Origin: Prochlorococcus sp. AG-459-D04
GTDB lineage: Bacteria > Cyanobacteriota > Cyanobacteriia > PCC-6307 > Cyanobiaceae
Assembly (NCBI GenBank): GCA_003212035.1
Contig: QCRA01000002.1
Location: 10,032-74,031, forward strand
Direction of reading: 5' to 3'
DNA: 64,000 bases
Both the position numbers and the translations under genes were made by a program. Below are positions 20,352 through 31,893 of this stretch, in pieces (position 1 is the first letter of the stretch; the number at the start of each line of letters is the position of its first letter). The notes under the pieces are model-generated. The model was not told the DNA's origin and did not search any database. It was given only the letters and a program-made list of their open reading frames with translations.

Positions 20352-21425
20352 TTAAATTTCATCCATTATTTTATCTCCGATTTCACTACAAGATAAAACT
20401 TCAGAGGACCCATCAGCTAAATCTGCTGTTCTAAATCCTTTTGATAAAACTTTATCAATGGCAGTTTCTAAATTTTCTGAGGCTTTTTCTTCATTTAATC
20501 CAATTTTTAACATCATAGAAGCAGATAAAAGCATTGCTATAGGATTTGCTATGTTTTTACCTGCTATATCAGGAGCCGAACCATGAACAGGTTCAAAAAC
20601 TCCTGGACCATCATTGTTTAGAGAAGCAGATGGAAGCATACCAATAGAACCAGTTAACATTGCGGCTAAGTCGCTTAAAATATCTCCAAATAAATTACTT
20701 GTTAAAATTACATCAAATTGACTAGGATCTCTAACTAATTGCATCGCTGCATTATCAACGTACATATTGCTTATAGATATATTTTTATCTTTTGAAGTGA
20801 TATTTAAAACTGTATCTCTCCACAATTGACTAACCTCAAGAACATTTGATTTATCAACAGAACATATTTTTTTATTTCTTTGGTTTGCAATTTTTATTGC
20901 TATTTCAGTTATTCTCTCTATTTCGGCCGAATCATAAACCATCGTATTGAAAGCTTTTGGGATTTTTGTGTTTGTTATATGTCCTCTTGGTTTCCCAAAA
21001 TAAATTCCCCCTATTAATTCTCTTACAACAATAAGATCTACATGCTCAACGATTTCTTTTTTTAATGTACTTGAATCTAATAGAGATTTTCTTATTTTGA
21101 CAGGCCTGATATTTGCGAAAAGGTTTAGGGAAGATCTTAACTTTAGTAACCCACTTTCTGGCCTTAATTCTCTTTCAAGAGAGTCATATTTAATATCTCC
21201 AACACATGCTAAAAGTACAGCATCACTTTTTTTGCATTGATCTAGTGTCTCATCTGGAGCCGGAGTCCCATATTTTTCATAAGCTATCCCTCCAAATAAT
21301 TTTTCAATAATCTCAATATCGAAATTATGATTTTTTGAAAGCTTGTTTAAAATTTTTTTTGAAACTTCTGAAATCTCTGGTCCAATTCCGTCTCCTGACA
21401 ATAAAACAATCTTATATTTCTTCAT
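20352..21425 (-). CDS. leuB: 3-isopropylmalate dehydrogenase
   Basis: GDGIGPE, VRELIGGIYFG, NLFGDILSD, EPVHGSAPDIAG. Confidence 0.96.
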   Translation of the reverse strand: MKKYKIVLLSGDGIGPEISEVSKKILNKLSKNHNFDIEIIEKLFGGIAYEKYGTPAPDETLDQCKKSDAVLLACVGDIKYDSLERELRPESGLLKLRSSLNLFANIRPVKIRKSLLDSSTLKKEIVEHVDLIVVRELIGGIYFGKPRGHITNTKIPKAFNTMVYDSAEIERITEIAIKIANQRNKKICSVDKSNVLEVSQLWRDTVLNITSKDKNISISNMYVDNAAMQLVRDPSQFDVILTSNLFGDILSDLAAMLTGSIGMLPSASLNNDGPGVFEPVHGSAPDIAGKNIANPIAMLLSASMMLKIGLNEEKASENLETAIDKVLSKGFRTADLADGSSEVLSCSEIGDKIMDEI

Positions 21426-21453
21426 TTAAATTTTTGTTTAATAGAACAATAAA

Positions 21454-22488
21454 TTATTGCTTGTCTAATTGTCTAAGTTTTTTTGCTAATTCTGGTAATT
21501 TTTTAAAAATACTTGAACTCCTTAGCCATGATTTATTTTCCATCGCAGGGAAACCACTAATTACCTTTCCATCTTCTATGTCACAATGAATTCCGCATTT
21601 TGAACTCGCTATGACATTATTACCAACTTTTACTCTATTATTGACTCCTACTTGCCCTGCCAAAATAACACCATCTCCAATATTTGCTCCTCCAGCGATA
21701 CCAACTTGAGCTGCAAATGCACAATTCTTTCCAATTTTTACTCCATGACCTATTTGTATTAAATTATCCAACTTTGTTCCCTCATCAATAAAAGTAAATC
21801 CAACTGCGGGTCTATCGATACAACAATTCGTTCCAATTTCTACGAAACTCATTATTTTTACACCACCTTTTTGTGGCATCTTTACCCATTTGCCATTTTT
21901 AGGAATAAAACCAAATCCTTCAGAACCAATAACAGAATTTGAATTAATTACACAATTATTTTTTAGAGTGGTATTTTCGTAAATTACACAATTTGGATGA
22001 ATTATATTATTATTTCCTATTCGAACATTGCCTAAAATTGATGATCCAGGAAGAATATGATTATTGTCTCCAATTACAGTATTTTCTCCAATATAGACAT
22101 TAGGTCCAATATGGCAATCTGCTCCAATTATTGCTGTTTTATCTATAACCGCTGAAGCGTGAATTCCTGGTTTTAAATTGATAGTTTTATATATACAATC
22201 CAATACTTCTGCAAATGCAATTCTTGGATTTTTAACGATTACGTTTGATATATTGAGTTTCTTTAGGGCACTAACGATTTCACCGTTGTTAGTAGTTATT
22301 ATTGCTGATGCTTTAGTTTGATCTAATTTTTCTTTAAGGATGTTATTTTCTTCTAAAAAAGATATTTGATGCTTAACTGCAGTATCTAATGAGGCAGCAT
22401 CATCTATATTTAAATCTTCGAAAATATTGGCACTAATAAAATTTGAATTTCCTTTTTTTATTAGATCAACTAAATCACTTAAAAGCAT
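21454..22488 (-). CDS. lpxD: UDP-3-O-(3-hydroxyacyl)glucosamine N-acyltransferase
   Basis: hexapeptide repeats, GSEGFGF, IDR, KLDNLIQIGH. Confidence 0.95.
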   Translation of the reverse strand: MLLSDLVDLIKKGNSNFISANIFEDLNIDDAASLDTAVKHQISFLEENNILKEKLDQTKASAIITTNNGEIVSALKKLNISNVIVKNPRIAFAEVLDCIYKTINLKPGIHASAVIDKTAIIGADCHIGPNVYIGENTVIGDNNHILPGSSILGNVRIGNNNIIHPNCVIYENTTLKNNCVINSNSVIGSEGFGFIPKNGKWVKMPQKGGVKIMSFVEIGTNCCIDRPAVGFTFIDEGTKLDNLIQIGHGVKIGKNCAFAAQVGIAGGANIGDGVILAGQVGVNNRVKVGNNVIASSKCGIHCDIEDGKVISGFPAMENKSWLRSSSIFKKLPELAKKLRQLDKQ

Positions 22489-22507
22489 TTTTCAGTTTTA
22501 ATTTTTC

Positions 22508-23590
22508 CTAAGAGAGAGCAAGAACATCTCTGTGTACGACGATTATCGAGGAGTTGTTATTTTCTTTATTATTTAAGATACTTCTTAATTTATCGCTGCC
22601 TATTGATACTAAACCTTTTGCAACTTCTTTATCATTTGTGTTTACGATTTTAACTGCCTGATTAATCGTAAAGTTTCCTTCTACATGCTTAACACCAACC
22701 GCTAAAAGTGAGGCACCTTTTTTTTTAATTGCAAATGAAGCGCCATCATCTAAAGTGATTTTCCCTACTGTTTGAATTGCATGTGAAAGCCAACTTTTTT
22801 TGTTTCCTATAGGTTTTTCTACTGGATAAAATAACGTCCCAATTTTATTATTATTAAAAATTTCAATTAAGTTTTTTTTATTAGTTCCATCTACTAGTTG
22901 GACTTCAACTCCTCCTTTTGTAGCTATTTCTGCAGAAATTAATTTTGTAGAAATTCCTCCTGTTCCCCATTCATTATTTGAGTTTTGATTATTTTTATCT
23001 TTAATTTCTTTTAATTCACTATTATGAACTTCTTTAATAGGTTGCGCATCTTTATTATTGCGAGGATCTTTTGAGTATAGATTTTCAATATCGGTTAATA
23101 AAATAAGCTTGTCAGCATTTATAGCTAAGGCAACTAAAGCAGAGAGGGTATCATTATCTCCATATTTAAGTTCTTCATTTGCTACGGTATCATTTTCATT
23201 TACTATTGGAATTACATTCAAATCGATTAATTTTTTTAAAGTTTTAGAAGCGTTATTAAAGGATTCTCTTGAATTGAAATCAGCTTTAGTTATTAAAATT
23301 TGAGCAATATTATGACCTAATTTATTAAATACTTTATCGTATAAGGACATTAAATTAACTTGACCTACTGCAGCAGTAGCTTGAAGGGTACTTAAATCAT
23401 TTGGTCTCGTTTTAATATTTAATTTTTGGCAACCTAATCCAACGGCTCCACTAGTTACTAAAATTAATTTGTTCCCTTTTGAAAGAAAATTTGTAAAGGA
23501 TCTAGAGAGAGTTTCAATAACTTCTTCTGTAGATGTTTCCTCTGTTCCTCTTAAAATACTAGTACCAATTTTTATAACCCAAGTTTTCAT
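22508..23590 (-). CDS. proB: glutamate 5-kinase
   Basis: VIKIGTS, SGAV, PIVNEND, GDNDTLS, GTGG..TK, PUA domain. Confidence 0.96.
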   Translation of the reverse strand: MKTWVIKIGTSILRGTEETSTEEVIETLSRSFTNFLSKGNKLILVTSGAVGLGCQKLNIKTRPNDLSTLQATAAVGQVNLMSLYDKVFNKLGHNIAQILITKADFNSRESFNNASKTLKKLIDLNVIPIVNENDTVANEELKYGDNDTLSALVALAINADKLILLTDIENLYSKDPRNNKDAQPIKEVHNSELKEIKDKNNQNSNNEWGTGGISTKLISAEIATKGGVEVQLVDGTNKKNLIEIFNNNKIGTLFYPVEKPIGNKKSWLSHAIQTVGKITLDDGASFAIKKKGASLLAVGVKHVEGNFTINQAVKIVNTNDKEVAKGLVSIGSDKLRSILNNKENNNSSIIVVHRDVLALS

Positions 23591-24081
23591 TTTAAAAAAT
23601 AAGAAATTAATTTTTCTATTTTCAAAATTAAATTAAATTTTATAGGCAAGCCATCTTTATTTAATCGCTTAACTAATATTGTTTTTATATTACATCTATT
23701 CCCAACAATAATATCTGTAAAAATTCTGTCGCCAATAATGGCAATATTTTTTGGCTCTTTGCCAATTTCTTTGATAACATTCAAAGTTACTTTTTTTCTT
23801 GGTTTTGATGCATTGTATTTGTACCTTAAATTTAATTCTTTCGCTATTTTTGAGATTCTTTTTTTTGATGGATTATTACTTATTAAATATAAAGAGAAAA
23901 GTTTTTTAGATTCTATGATCCAATTTTTTACATCTTTTGGGATCATATTTGATTTTCTATTTACTAGAGTCCCATCAACGTCTATCAATAAAGAATGAAT
24001 GTCTTTTTTTTTTAAATCAGATTGAGAAATCGCATATATTGGCAAGTTTGAATCCCAATTGACTTTTAGGGTAGATCTCAT
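23587..24081 (-). CDS. YqeG family HAD-IIIA phosphatase
   Basis: [21 protein letters not shown]. Confidence 0.9.
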   Translation of the reverse strand: MRSTLKVNWDSNLPIYAISQSDLKKKDIHSLLIDVDGTLVNRKSNMIPKDVKNWIIESKKLFSLYLISNNPSKKRISKIAKELNLRYKYNASKPRKKVTLNVIKEIGKEPKNIAIIGDRIFTDIIVGNRCNIKTILVKRLNKDGLPIKFNLILKIEKLISYFLK

Positions 24082-24086
24082 TTATT

Positions 24087-24623
24087 TTAAGAGCTACTTT
24101 TTTCAAGCTCAGTTTCAATCATAGGTTGAATTTTATCGAACTCTTCATCTTCAACTAATAAGGCCTCTTTGTCTTTTAATTTGCCCACAATAAAAAAAGG
24201 ATCTAGTGGAATATATAAGCCATATTCTTGGTCAAAAAGATTAAAGTTAACAAGTAATTCATAACTCTCAGTATCATCATTGACGTAATCTTCTTCTAAT
24301 TCATCATAAATTGGTTCTTCAAGTTCTCCTGATACTGTTAATGTAACTGCTGATCTAATAAGTCTTAAATCATGTTCTTGAAGAACCGCTTCAGCATTTT
24401 TTAGTATTTGTTCATTTTTATCTATTTTCTCAATTAGTTCAGGTTCATCTTTTTCATTTATCTTGAAAAGACTTACTGGAGTATCAACTGGTGTTAATAA
24501 TGCATATTCTTGACCTTCAACACTAACTAATTGTTCAAGATAACAAAATAGCTTATTTCCATTTGAATCATTTAATATTAGTGTCTGTGCATCAAAATTA
24601 TAATTTGAATTGGTTTTTTTCAT
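24087..24623 (-). CDS. DUF3727-type acidic protein
   Basis: YALLTPVDTP and YIPLDPFFIV motifs; downstream of ruvX as in other cyanobacteria. Confidence 0.75.
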   Translation of the reverse strand: MKKTNSNYNFDAQTLILNDSNGNKLFCYLEQLVSVEGQEYALLTPVDTPVSLFKINEKDEPELIEKIDKNEQILKNAEAVLQEHDLRLIRSAVTLTVSGELEEPIYDELEEDYVNDDTESYELLVNFNLFDQEYGLYIPLDPFFIVGKLKDKEALLVEDEEFDKIQPMIETELEKSSS

Positions 24624-24648
24624 TTTAAAAATTCTATCCTTTCTAATA

Positions 24649-25110
24649 CTAATATTTTATCTGAGGTTTACCAGCTAATTCTTCTAATTCAGGACCTTCT
24701 TCGATCCATTGTTCAAGTATTATTTTTGCTGAAAAACTATCAATCAAACCCGATTTATCTTTTTTTATTCCAAATCTATCTGAAGATTCCCAAGTCGAAC
24801 TATGTTCGTTGACGAATGAAAATGGAAGCTTTAATTCATTTGAAAGTAATTGACCGTAATTTTTACAGTCAATAGATTGAGTGGTCATTTGACCTTCATC
24901 ATCAAGTGGAATACCCACAATAAACCCAGTCAAATTTAGGTCATTTATGTGATTCTTAATGATTTTAATCTCTTGATTATTTTCAAACCTTTTTACTGCT
25001 GGAAGTATGTTTGATGTTATGCATAGAGGATCACAATAAGCTAATCCTATTCTTTTGGTACCTACATCCAAACTCAAAATTGACTTGGGTTTGGGTTTGC
25101 AAAATTTCAC
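24649..25110 (-). CDS. ruvX: YqgF/RuvX pre-16S rRNA nuclease
   Basis: [34 protein letters not shown]. Confidence 0.92.
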   Translation of the reverse strand: MKFCKPKPKSILSLDVGTKRIGLAYCDPLCITSNILPAVKRFENNQEIKIIKNHINDLNLTGFIVGIPLDDEGQMTTQSIDCKNYGQLLSNELKLPFSFVNEHSSTWESSDRFGIKKDKSGLIDSFSAKIILEQWIEEGPELEELAGKPQIKY

Positions 25111-26162
25111 TTTGTTTTTAATGGAAAAGGAGATGGATATGGATTACCTCGTGGACTTAATTTTTCAATGATTGATTCCAATGATTGATTTATTTTATTT
25201 ACTTGTTTCGCTTCATTCTTAACTATTGTGTTCCTGATAAGAATAATTTCTTGATTTTTTTCTTTGAGATTACATTCTTCGAGAAAAAGATTTAATTGAG
25301 AATTTTCTTTATAGGTTTTTAAATATGAAACAGGCGATTTTTCAAAAAATCTTTTTATAAATTCTTTTAATATAGAATTGTATCTCTTATCCCAATATCT
25401 ACTAATAGTTAAAGTGTAAATTTCCTCATTTTTATGATTTATATCTTTTAAAATTGTACATAAAACTGAATTTTCATAAATTAAGGCACCACTTTTAGAG
25501 TTATTTCTTTTTAAAATATCGTCTTGATTAAAATCTAAAATATTTCTTATTAAGGGAGATTGATTTGATCTTATGAAATTCACTATTTTCAATATATTTT
25601 GTTTATTAATGGTTTGGAATTCATTAATTAATGCATAGGCATTGGTATTTTGCTTCTTAGATTTATTTAAATTATAACCATCCCAAAGGATTATCTCTCC
25701 TAAAGGTTGAAAGCCTAATTCTCTTGCGGTTGATATGAGGTCAACATTATTTATATCAGCGTTAATAACCCAACTTGAAGTTTTAATATCTTTTATTGAG
25801 ATAGATTTTTTTATCAATCCTATAGTTAATTGCTTATCTGTTAATGAACATTTGTTACTAATTAAAATAGGCATAGATATTTTTAAGCAAGTTTCTTTTT
25901 TGTTTAAAGGAAAAATATTCAAATAACCAATAATTTCGGTTCCAGATATGGCAATTATGCATTTATTTTTATTTTTCTTAAGATTATTTAAAAAGATTTT
26001 TAAGTCATCAAAAGTGTTTATAATCGCCATCTTTAAAAACCAATTATTAAATTTTTTATTTTTAATATCTATTAAAAGATTAATGTGCCTTATATGAAGT
26101 TCTTCAAAAGTTACTTCCATTCCTTTTTTAGATTGAAAAGAATAAGAGGTATCTTTTTTCAT
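25107..26162 (-). CDS. hypothetical protein, possible degenerate GNAT fold
   Basis: 351-aa ORF in operon; IIGYL strand and ARELGFQ resemble GNAT motifs. Confidence 0.6.
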   Translation of the reverse strand: MKKDTSYSFQSKKGMEVTFEELHIRHINLLIDIKNKKFNNWFLKMAIINTFDDLKIFLNNLKKNKNKCIIAISGTEIIGYLNIFPLNKKETCLKISMPILISNKCSLTDKQLTIGLIKKSISIKDIKTSSWVINADINNVDLISTARELGFQPLGEIILWDGYNLNKSKKQNTNAYALINEFQTINKQNILKIVNFIRSNQSPLIRNILDFNQDDILKRNNSKSGALIYENSVLCTILKDINHKNEEIYTLTISRYWDKRYNSILKEFIKRFFEKSPVSYLKTYKENSQLNLFLEECNLKEKNQEIILIRNTIVKNEAKQVNKINQSLESIIEKLSPRGNPYPSPFPLKTK

Positions 26163-27329
26163 TTACTTTTTTTCTCTTATTAATACTATAGGGGTTTTTT
26201 CATCTCCATTGCCAGCTGGATTAGATATTAAGTTTCTTTTGAGTATTTTATTTACTGTTTTATTTGAACTAGCTACGACTTTTACACCTCCAAGATCATT
26301 AACATCGACTACAGCAACATCTATATTTAGATATTTCGAGACCTCCTTACAAAATAAATCCGCATTGAGAGGACCCATGACTATACTCTTATCATAAGGT
26401 GTAACTGTACCGCTTATATCATCAATGAGAGATGATTCTGAACCAGTTAATCTATAAAACATACCCTTAATACCAACTAATTTGAAGAGAAATCCAACAA
26501 ATAATGCAGTAGTTATTCTTGTTAATCCAATTCTATTTATTAATAATTGCATTCCACATGCTGTTGCGAGACTGCTTGTGGGGTGAAAAAAATAACATAA
26601 AGCTTTCGAAAATAAACTATATTCTAAATTTTGAGGGGAAATATATCTATTTTGCATAATCGCTAATGGACTCTCACCGATTATTAAAATATCATTTTTT
26701 TCTACAATTCCTTTACAGTATTCAATCACAGTATTAACTGGGTCATCAAAGCAGCCAAGTAAATCAGTTTTAATAGCAAAAGCTTTATATTTATTGTTTA
26801 ATGAAATTTCAAAAACTTCTTGAGGACTACTTTTTGGACCATCTAAATTAATTAACAAACAATCCTTATTTTTTGAAATACCAAAATGTCCATAGTTCTC
26901 CCAAAATACTTTTAACCATAGATATTTTATTTTTTTTCTAAAATCATTATTGCTAAATTTATATATGACTCTTACAAATAATTCTGAATTTGACTTGATA
27001 ATTGTTGTTGGCCAATAATTGTTTAAATTCTTTAATTTATTTTTGTCATATATATAAATTTCTTCTTGATATTTAAAATTTCGGCAATATTCGTTACCCT
27101 TTCTTTTGAAAAAATCTAATTCAAAATTTATATTATTTACCATTGTCTCTTTGGTTTTACTTTTATTAGTTATTTTAAAATTAATAATTAATTCGTTTAA
27201 ACTATCTCTTCTTTTGATTTTGTAATTTATAGGTACGAGAAATAACTTTGATTTGGGTGAGTTTTTAATATATAAATCTGAAATAATTAAAAAAAATAAG
27301 ATAAGTAAGAGGATATATATTAATATCAT
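26163..27329 (-). CDS. membrane-anchored F420-0:gamma-glutamyl ligase (CofE)-like protein
   Basis: N-terminal TM; C-terminal IGESPLA, IDDISG, VVDVNDLG, NPAGN..EKTPIVLIR. Confidence 0.7.
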   Translation of the reverse strand: MILIYILLLILFFLIISDLYIKNSPKSKLFLVPINYKIKRRDSLNELIINFKITNKSKTKETMVNNINFELDFFKRKGNEYCRNFKYQEEIYIYDKNKLKNLNNYWPTTIIKSNSELFVRVIYKFSNNDFRKKIKYLWLKVFWENYGHFGISKNKDCLLINLDGPKSSPQEVFEISLNNKYKAFAIKTDLLGCFDDPVNTVIEYCKGIVEKNDILIIGESPLAIMQNRYISPQNLEYSLFSKALCYFFHPTSSLATACGMQLLINRIGLTRITTALFVGFLFKLVGIKGMFYRLTGSESSLIDDISGTVTPYDKSIVMGPLNADLFCKEVSKYLNIDVAVVDVNDLGGVKVVASSNKTVNKILKRNLISNPAGNGDEKTPIVLIREKK

Positions 27330-27340
27330 TTATTCTAAAA

Positions 27341-27889
27341 TTAGGTTTTGTTTTTATCTTTTTTTTCAGAAATGATACTGTTGTATTCATTAAAACTTTC
27401 TACAGAAAATGTCGTATCATCTATATCAATCCCTTTTAGTTCTCCTATAACTTTGTTTAATTCATCGATATTAATCGTTCCATTTTGATCATATTTAACT
27501 ACGCCATCACTGTTTATAATAATGGTTTGTGGGATTAATCCGTTCCAATAATAATTAGGTTCATTTGGAAGATCAGACTTTTTTTTATCCTGTAATTCAT
27601 CTGTAGTTAGAGCAATGATATCTATATTATTTCTCCATATCAAATCTAAACCAGAAATTATCGGAGCCATAGCTTTACTATCAGAACTGTCATCAAGATA
27701 AAAAAATAAAACTGCAACTCTTTTATTTTTTAATGATTCCTGAAGATTTGTCTGAGGAGGAACTATTGCTCCGTTTCCTGCATATATAGGAAAGATGTTG
27801 CCATCGTAACTATTACTATCTCTAGAGGCATTTGCTTTGTATGGACTTAAGAAAATTAATGCTATTAGGAACCATTGAACTATTTTCAT
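27341..27889 (-). CDS. Cys-less thioredoxin-like lumenal protein (PSI accumulation factor family)
   Basis: signal peptide, YDGNIFPIYAGNG, FYLDDSSDS replacing CxxC, cis-Pro IPQT. Confidence 0.7.
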   Translation of the reverse strand: MKIVQWFLIALIFLSPYKANASRDSNSYDGNIFPIYAGNGAIVPPQTNLQESLKNKRVAVLFFYLDDSSDSKAMAPIISGLDLIWRNNIDIIALTTDELQDKKKSDLPNEPNYYWNGLIPQTIIINSDGVVKYDQNGTINIDELNKVIGELKGIDIDDTTFSVESFNEYNSIISEKKDKNKT

Positions 27890-27902
27890 TAAAGTTTAAA
27901 AC

Positions 27903-29519
27903 TTACTTGGAACTTGACCTTCCTAATCCTTGTAGGATTCCTTTCCCAACTAGTCCGATAGCTTTGCCAACGACTTTTGTGAGAAAAGTTACGAAAAGAT
28001 TACCGATATACTTTACCGCAATTTCTAACTGCGGTGCTACGGCATCTCTTATCTCAACTAACAATGTAACTTGTTTTTGTAGCCATTCTAGATTCTCTAA
28101 TTCCTTCTCCCTATTTTCATTTTTAAAGTAACGGGTAAATTTTTTATCGATAATATCAATATATTCTCGTTTACTCTCATACAAATAGATAGGCACATAA
28201 ATATAATCATGCCAGCGATTGTAGTTATTAATACTATTTCTAAACCTTTCAAAATTTCTTGTCGATTGTAATTCTGGATTTATAAGTACAGTTCTTAATT
28301 CAGGCCAATAAGAACAAATATTAAATATTTCAGAGGCTAATAAATTACAGTTTCTTATTATCCAATTTGAAATTATATTTTCAAGGATCAAAAACGATTC
28401 TGTTTCATATAGAGGTAATAACTTTCCATCATATTCAAGAGCTTCATTTTGAATAATTGGCTTAATAAACAATATTGATTCATGAGATTCCTTATCTATC
28501 TCCTCACAACTTACTTCACTATAAATAAAATCATTTATTGAAACTGACTCGCTTCCTTTTTTTAATCTAAAATAGCTGTCCGTGATATTTGAAACAGTAT
28601 TAACTTTAAGTTCTTTTATAAGAGAATTTAAATCATCTTTAAAATCTTTCTCGTTATAGTTTTCCTTTATATTTTTAATTAAATTATCTAACTCATCTAA
28701 CATTTTGCATATTAGGCGTGAAATGAATTCTTTCTTTATTCCAGAGAGAACTATTGATGAATTATTAAATTCAACCTGTAGGTTTGTTAAGCTATACCTT
28801 TCTTTTAGTCTATCAAAAATTAAATTCCATATTTCTATAGTATTTTTATCTTTAATGAATACAGTATTCTTATTTTCTAGATTGATTTTATTTTCAGTGT
28901 AAACCGCCTCTGTATAAAGTTCTAGTGAATTACCCCATAAAAAAATAAGAAAAGATTTAGCTGTAATCAGTTCTCTTAATCTTCCTTTTAAAATAAATTT
29001 ATAAAATTCTGGAGTAGAATCAGAATTGACATATTTGAATATATAGTTAATTTCAGTATCTATTTGTTTAAGACCTGATGTTAGTATTTTTTGACTAAAA
29101 GAAAGGGGTTTATCTTTGTTTAATTGAACCATGGAATTATTTTCAATATCAAATACCCTTCCGCCATTTAGTATGGTTTCGATTGATTCAAGAACTTTTT
29201 CCGCGCTGGGATTTAAAAGAAAACCTTCTGCATTTAATGATGGAATATTTTTTGCTTCATAGACAAGTTCACCAGAGAGTATTATTAGAAACTTTGACTC
29301 ATCATATCTTTCTCTGAGTTTTAATAATTCTAACCTTATAAGATCTTCTGATTGGAAATTAAGCACATTCCATATAACTAAATCTGGAGTTTTATTACCT
29401 ATTCCATTATTAAAATTGATATCTAAATTTTGGTCTAGTGATGTTAACTTAAGCGATAAAGATTCTGCTATTAAGCTTGGAGCAATGATTAATATCGATT
29501 TTTTTGAAATTAATTCCAA
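27903..29519 (-). CDS. ycf55: Ycf55-like protein (pseudo-receiver plus DUF3685)
   Basis: N-terminal receiver-like fold; C-terminal STRNFERFRN, YES, GKAIGLVGKGILQGLG. Confidence 0.8.
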   Translation of the reverse strand: MELISKKSILIIAPSLIAESLSLKLTSLDQNLDINFNNGIGNKTPDLVIWNVLNFQSEDLIRLELLKLRERYDESKFLIILSGELVYEAKNIPSLNAEGFLLNPSAEKVLESIETILNGGRVFDIENNSMVQLNKDKPLSFSQKILTSGLKQIDTEINYIFKYVNSDSTPEFYKFILKGRLRELITAKSFLIFLWGNSLELYTEAVYTENKINLENKNTVFIKDKNTIEIWNLIFDRLKERYSLTNLQVEFNNSSIVLSGIKKEFISRLICKMLDELDNLIKNIKENYNEKDFKDDLNSLIKELKVNTVSNITDSYFRLKKGSESVSINDFIYSEVSCEEIDKESHESILFIKPIIQNEALEYDGKLLPLYETESFLILENIISNWIIRNCNLLASEIFNICSYWPELRTVLINPELQSTRNFERFRNSINNYNRWHDYIYVPIYLYESKREYIDIIDKKFTRYFKNENREKELENLEWLQKQVTLLVEIRDAVAPQLEIAVKYIGNLFVTFLTKVVGKAIGLVGKGILQGLGRSSSK

Positions 29520-29599
29520 GACTAGATTTCTTTTATCTTATACAAAATTAACTAACAATTACTGCAAATACCAGCCTTTAATTAATTTTTATCATTTAA

Positions 29600-30367
29600 T
29601 TATGCGTAGAAATTATTTTTTAAATCTAAGTCAGTTAGTCTTTCTGAAGATAATACATTATTTGCTTCGTATATTGTAAATTTATTTTCATATAGAGCTT
29701 TCCCCACAATTACTCCAAAAAGTCCAGAGTTTTCAAATTTAACTAATGACAATAAATCAGAAATCGAACCAACACCTCCTGAGGCAATTACTGGAACATC
29801 AGTAATTTCAAGTATGTTTTTTATGAATTCTTCATTAGTTCCTTCTAAAGTCCCATCAGTATTTATATCTGTAACAATAAAACTAGCTATTTTGAATGAC
29901 GAAAACTCCTTTACTAGATCTTTAGCTAAAATATTAGATTGCTCAAGCCAACCCCTTGTACTAACTTTTCCATCTTTTGCATCTATACCTACAATTATCC
30001 TTCCAGGAAATTTATTTGATAAGTCTTTAACTAACTCTTTATTTTCTATTGCAGAGGTTCCCATGATAACTTTTTCAATACCATAAGAAAATAATTGTTC
30101 TATTCTTTCTTGAGACCTTATACCCCCACCAATTTGAATGGGTATATTAACTTTTTTTGCAATCTTTTTTATTGATCTATCGTTTGTTGGTAATCCAGTT
30201 TTTGCAGCATCCAAATCGACTATATGTAAATATTTTGCTCCTTCGCTTTCCCAAAATTCAGCCTGCTCATGTGGCTCTTTTTTGAAGTCTTTTCTTTTAT
30301 TAAAGTCCCCCTTGAAAAGCCTTACACACTTCCCATTCATTAAATCGATAGCTGGTATTAGTTCCAT
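29600..30367 (-). CDS. hisA: ProFAR isomerase
   Basis: IPAIDL, HIVDLD, GGGIR, TDINTDGTL, IASGG. Confidence 0.96.
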   Translation of the reverse strand: MELIPAIDLMNGKCVRLFKGDFNKRKDFKKEPHEQAEFWESEGAKYLHIVDLDAAKTGLPTNDRSIKKIAKKVNIPIQIGGGIRSQERIEQLFSYGIEKVIMGTSAIENKELVKDLSNKFPGRIIVGIDAKDGKVSTRGWLEQSNILAKDLVKEFSSFKIASFIVTDINTDGTLEGTNEEFIKNILEITDVPVIASGGVGSISDLLSLVKFENSGLFGVIVGKALYENKFTIYEANNVLSSERLTDLDLKNNFYA

Positions 30368-30459
30368 AGAATAATCCTTTTCATTAATTACTTCTTAGTA
30401 GTACTATTCATTATGTAATTCTATTTAAGATTACTACTTCAGTAAAATATTTTTTAAAT

Positions 30460-31380
30460 ATGAAAATTCTTGTAATGGGTGGCACTAGATTTGTTGGTAA
30501 GTCTCTGGTTGGAAAGTTATTAAGCCAAAATCATAATATTGATATTTTTACGAGAGGTAATAAAATTAATCCTGAAAAAACAAATCTAATCAAGGGTGAT
30601 AGGAATAATTTAGAAAGTATAGTAAAACTGAAAAATGAAAAGTATGATGTTATCTATGACATTTCTGGCAGAGAGTTAGAACAAACTAAACTTCTTATAG
30701 AAAATCTAGACAACTCTTTCTATAGATATATCTATGTCAGCTCAGCAGGAGTTTATAAAGATAATTGTGAATTACCCTTATCTGAAAATGATCCGATTGA
30801 TCCAAATAGTCGTCATAAAGGAAAATTTGAGACAGAAAATTGGTTGATAAACCAAAAAATTCCTTTTACAAGTTTTAGACCTACTTATATTTATGGACCA
30901 GGAAATTATAATAAAATTGAAAATTGGTTTTTTGAAAGATTATTTACCAATAAATCCATCCCAATCCCCGGTGACGGGTCTTTAATCACCCAGCTGGGTC
31001 ATGTTTCGGATCTAACTGATGTAATGATTAAGTGCATGAATTTTGAAAATTCTAAAAATAATATCTACAACTGTTCAGGTGAAAGAGGAGTAACAATTAA
31101 GGGCTTAATTTATTTCTGTGCGAATGTTCTTGGATTTAACCAAAATGAGATTACACTTAGAACATTTGATTATCAAAAATTAAACCCTAAATCTCGAAAG
31201 GGATTCCCAATCAGATTAAATCATTATCAGACTGATATTTCGAAGATTAAGAGTGATTTGGATTGGGAACCAAAATTTGATTTACTTAATGGATTAAAGG
31301 ATAGTTTTGTAAAAGATTTTAATCATAAAAAGGGTGATGGCTTTGATGAAAATTCAGATAATATTCTTTTTAATTCTTAA
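30460..31380 (+). CDS. NAD-dependent epimerase family protein (CSP41-like)
   Basis: GGTRFVG, YVSSAGVY, RPTYIYGP, TQLGHV. Confidence 0.85.
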   Translation: MKILVMGGTRFVGKSLVGKLLSQNHNIDIFTRGNKINPEKTNLIKGDRNNLESIVKLKNEKYDVIYDISGRELEQTKLLIENLDNSFYRYIYVSSAGVYKDNCELPLSENDPIDPNSRHKGKFETENWLINQKIPFTSFRPTYIYGPGNYNKIENWFFERLFTNKSIPIPGDGSLITQLGHVSDLTDVMIKCMNFENSKNNIYNCSGERGVTIKGLIYFCANVLGFNQNEITLRTFDYQKLNPKSRKGFPIRLNHYQTDISKIKSDLDWEPKFDLLNGLKDSFVKDFNHKKGDGFDENSDNILFNS

Positions 31381-31893
31381 GTAGCCAAATAAAGTGACAA
31401 AAGTCAGGATGAATCCTATCCAATAAAAAGCTAAAGCAAGATTATTCAAAAGTCTTATTTTTAATGGTGAAAAGAATGTGATTACTGAAATAAAAAAGAA
31501 AAATGTTTTAAATTTGCCCAACTGGGATGCCGGCAAACCGTCTTTTGTTATGTTCCTCAGGCTAGAGATTATTAACTCTCTATATAAAATTAATGTTAAA
31601 GACCAGAAAGGTATTAAATTATTTTTGCAGAGAAATACTAAAGGAATTAAATAAAATACTTTATCGCTTAAGGGATCAAGGATGGCTCCTAATCTTGTTT
31701 TAAGATTGTATTTTCTTGCAATTAACCCGTCAAAATAATCAGTTAAACCACCAATAATAATTAAAATAAAAACATAAAAAGGTCTATTAATCTCTAAAAA
31801 AAGAATTAAAGGCAATACAAGGAAAAGGCGAGATATCGATAATAAATTAGGAATATTAAAGGCCAATTTTTGGAAATTTTTTTTAATTAACAA
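31354..31893 (-). CDS. pgsA: CDP-diacylglycerol-glycerol-3-phosphate 3-phosphatidyltransferase
   Basis: PNLLS, TDYFDGLIAR, GAILDPLSDK. Confidence 0.88.
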   Translation of the reverse strand: MLIKKNFQKLAFNIPNLLSISRLFLVLPLILFLEINRPFYVFILIIIGGLTDYFDGLIARKYNLKTRLGAILDPLSDKVFYLIPLVFLCKNNLIPFWSLTLILYRELIISSLRNITKDGLPASQLGKFKTFFFFISVITFFSPLKIRLLNNLALAFYWIGFILTFVTLFGYLRIKKNII

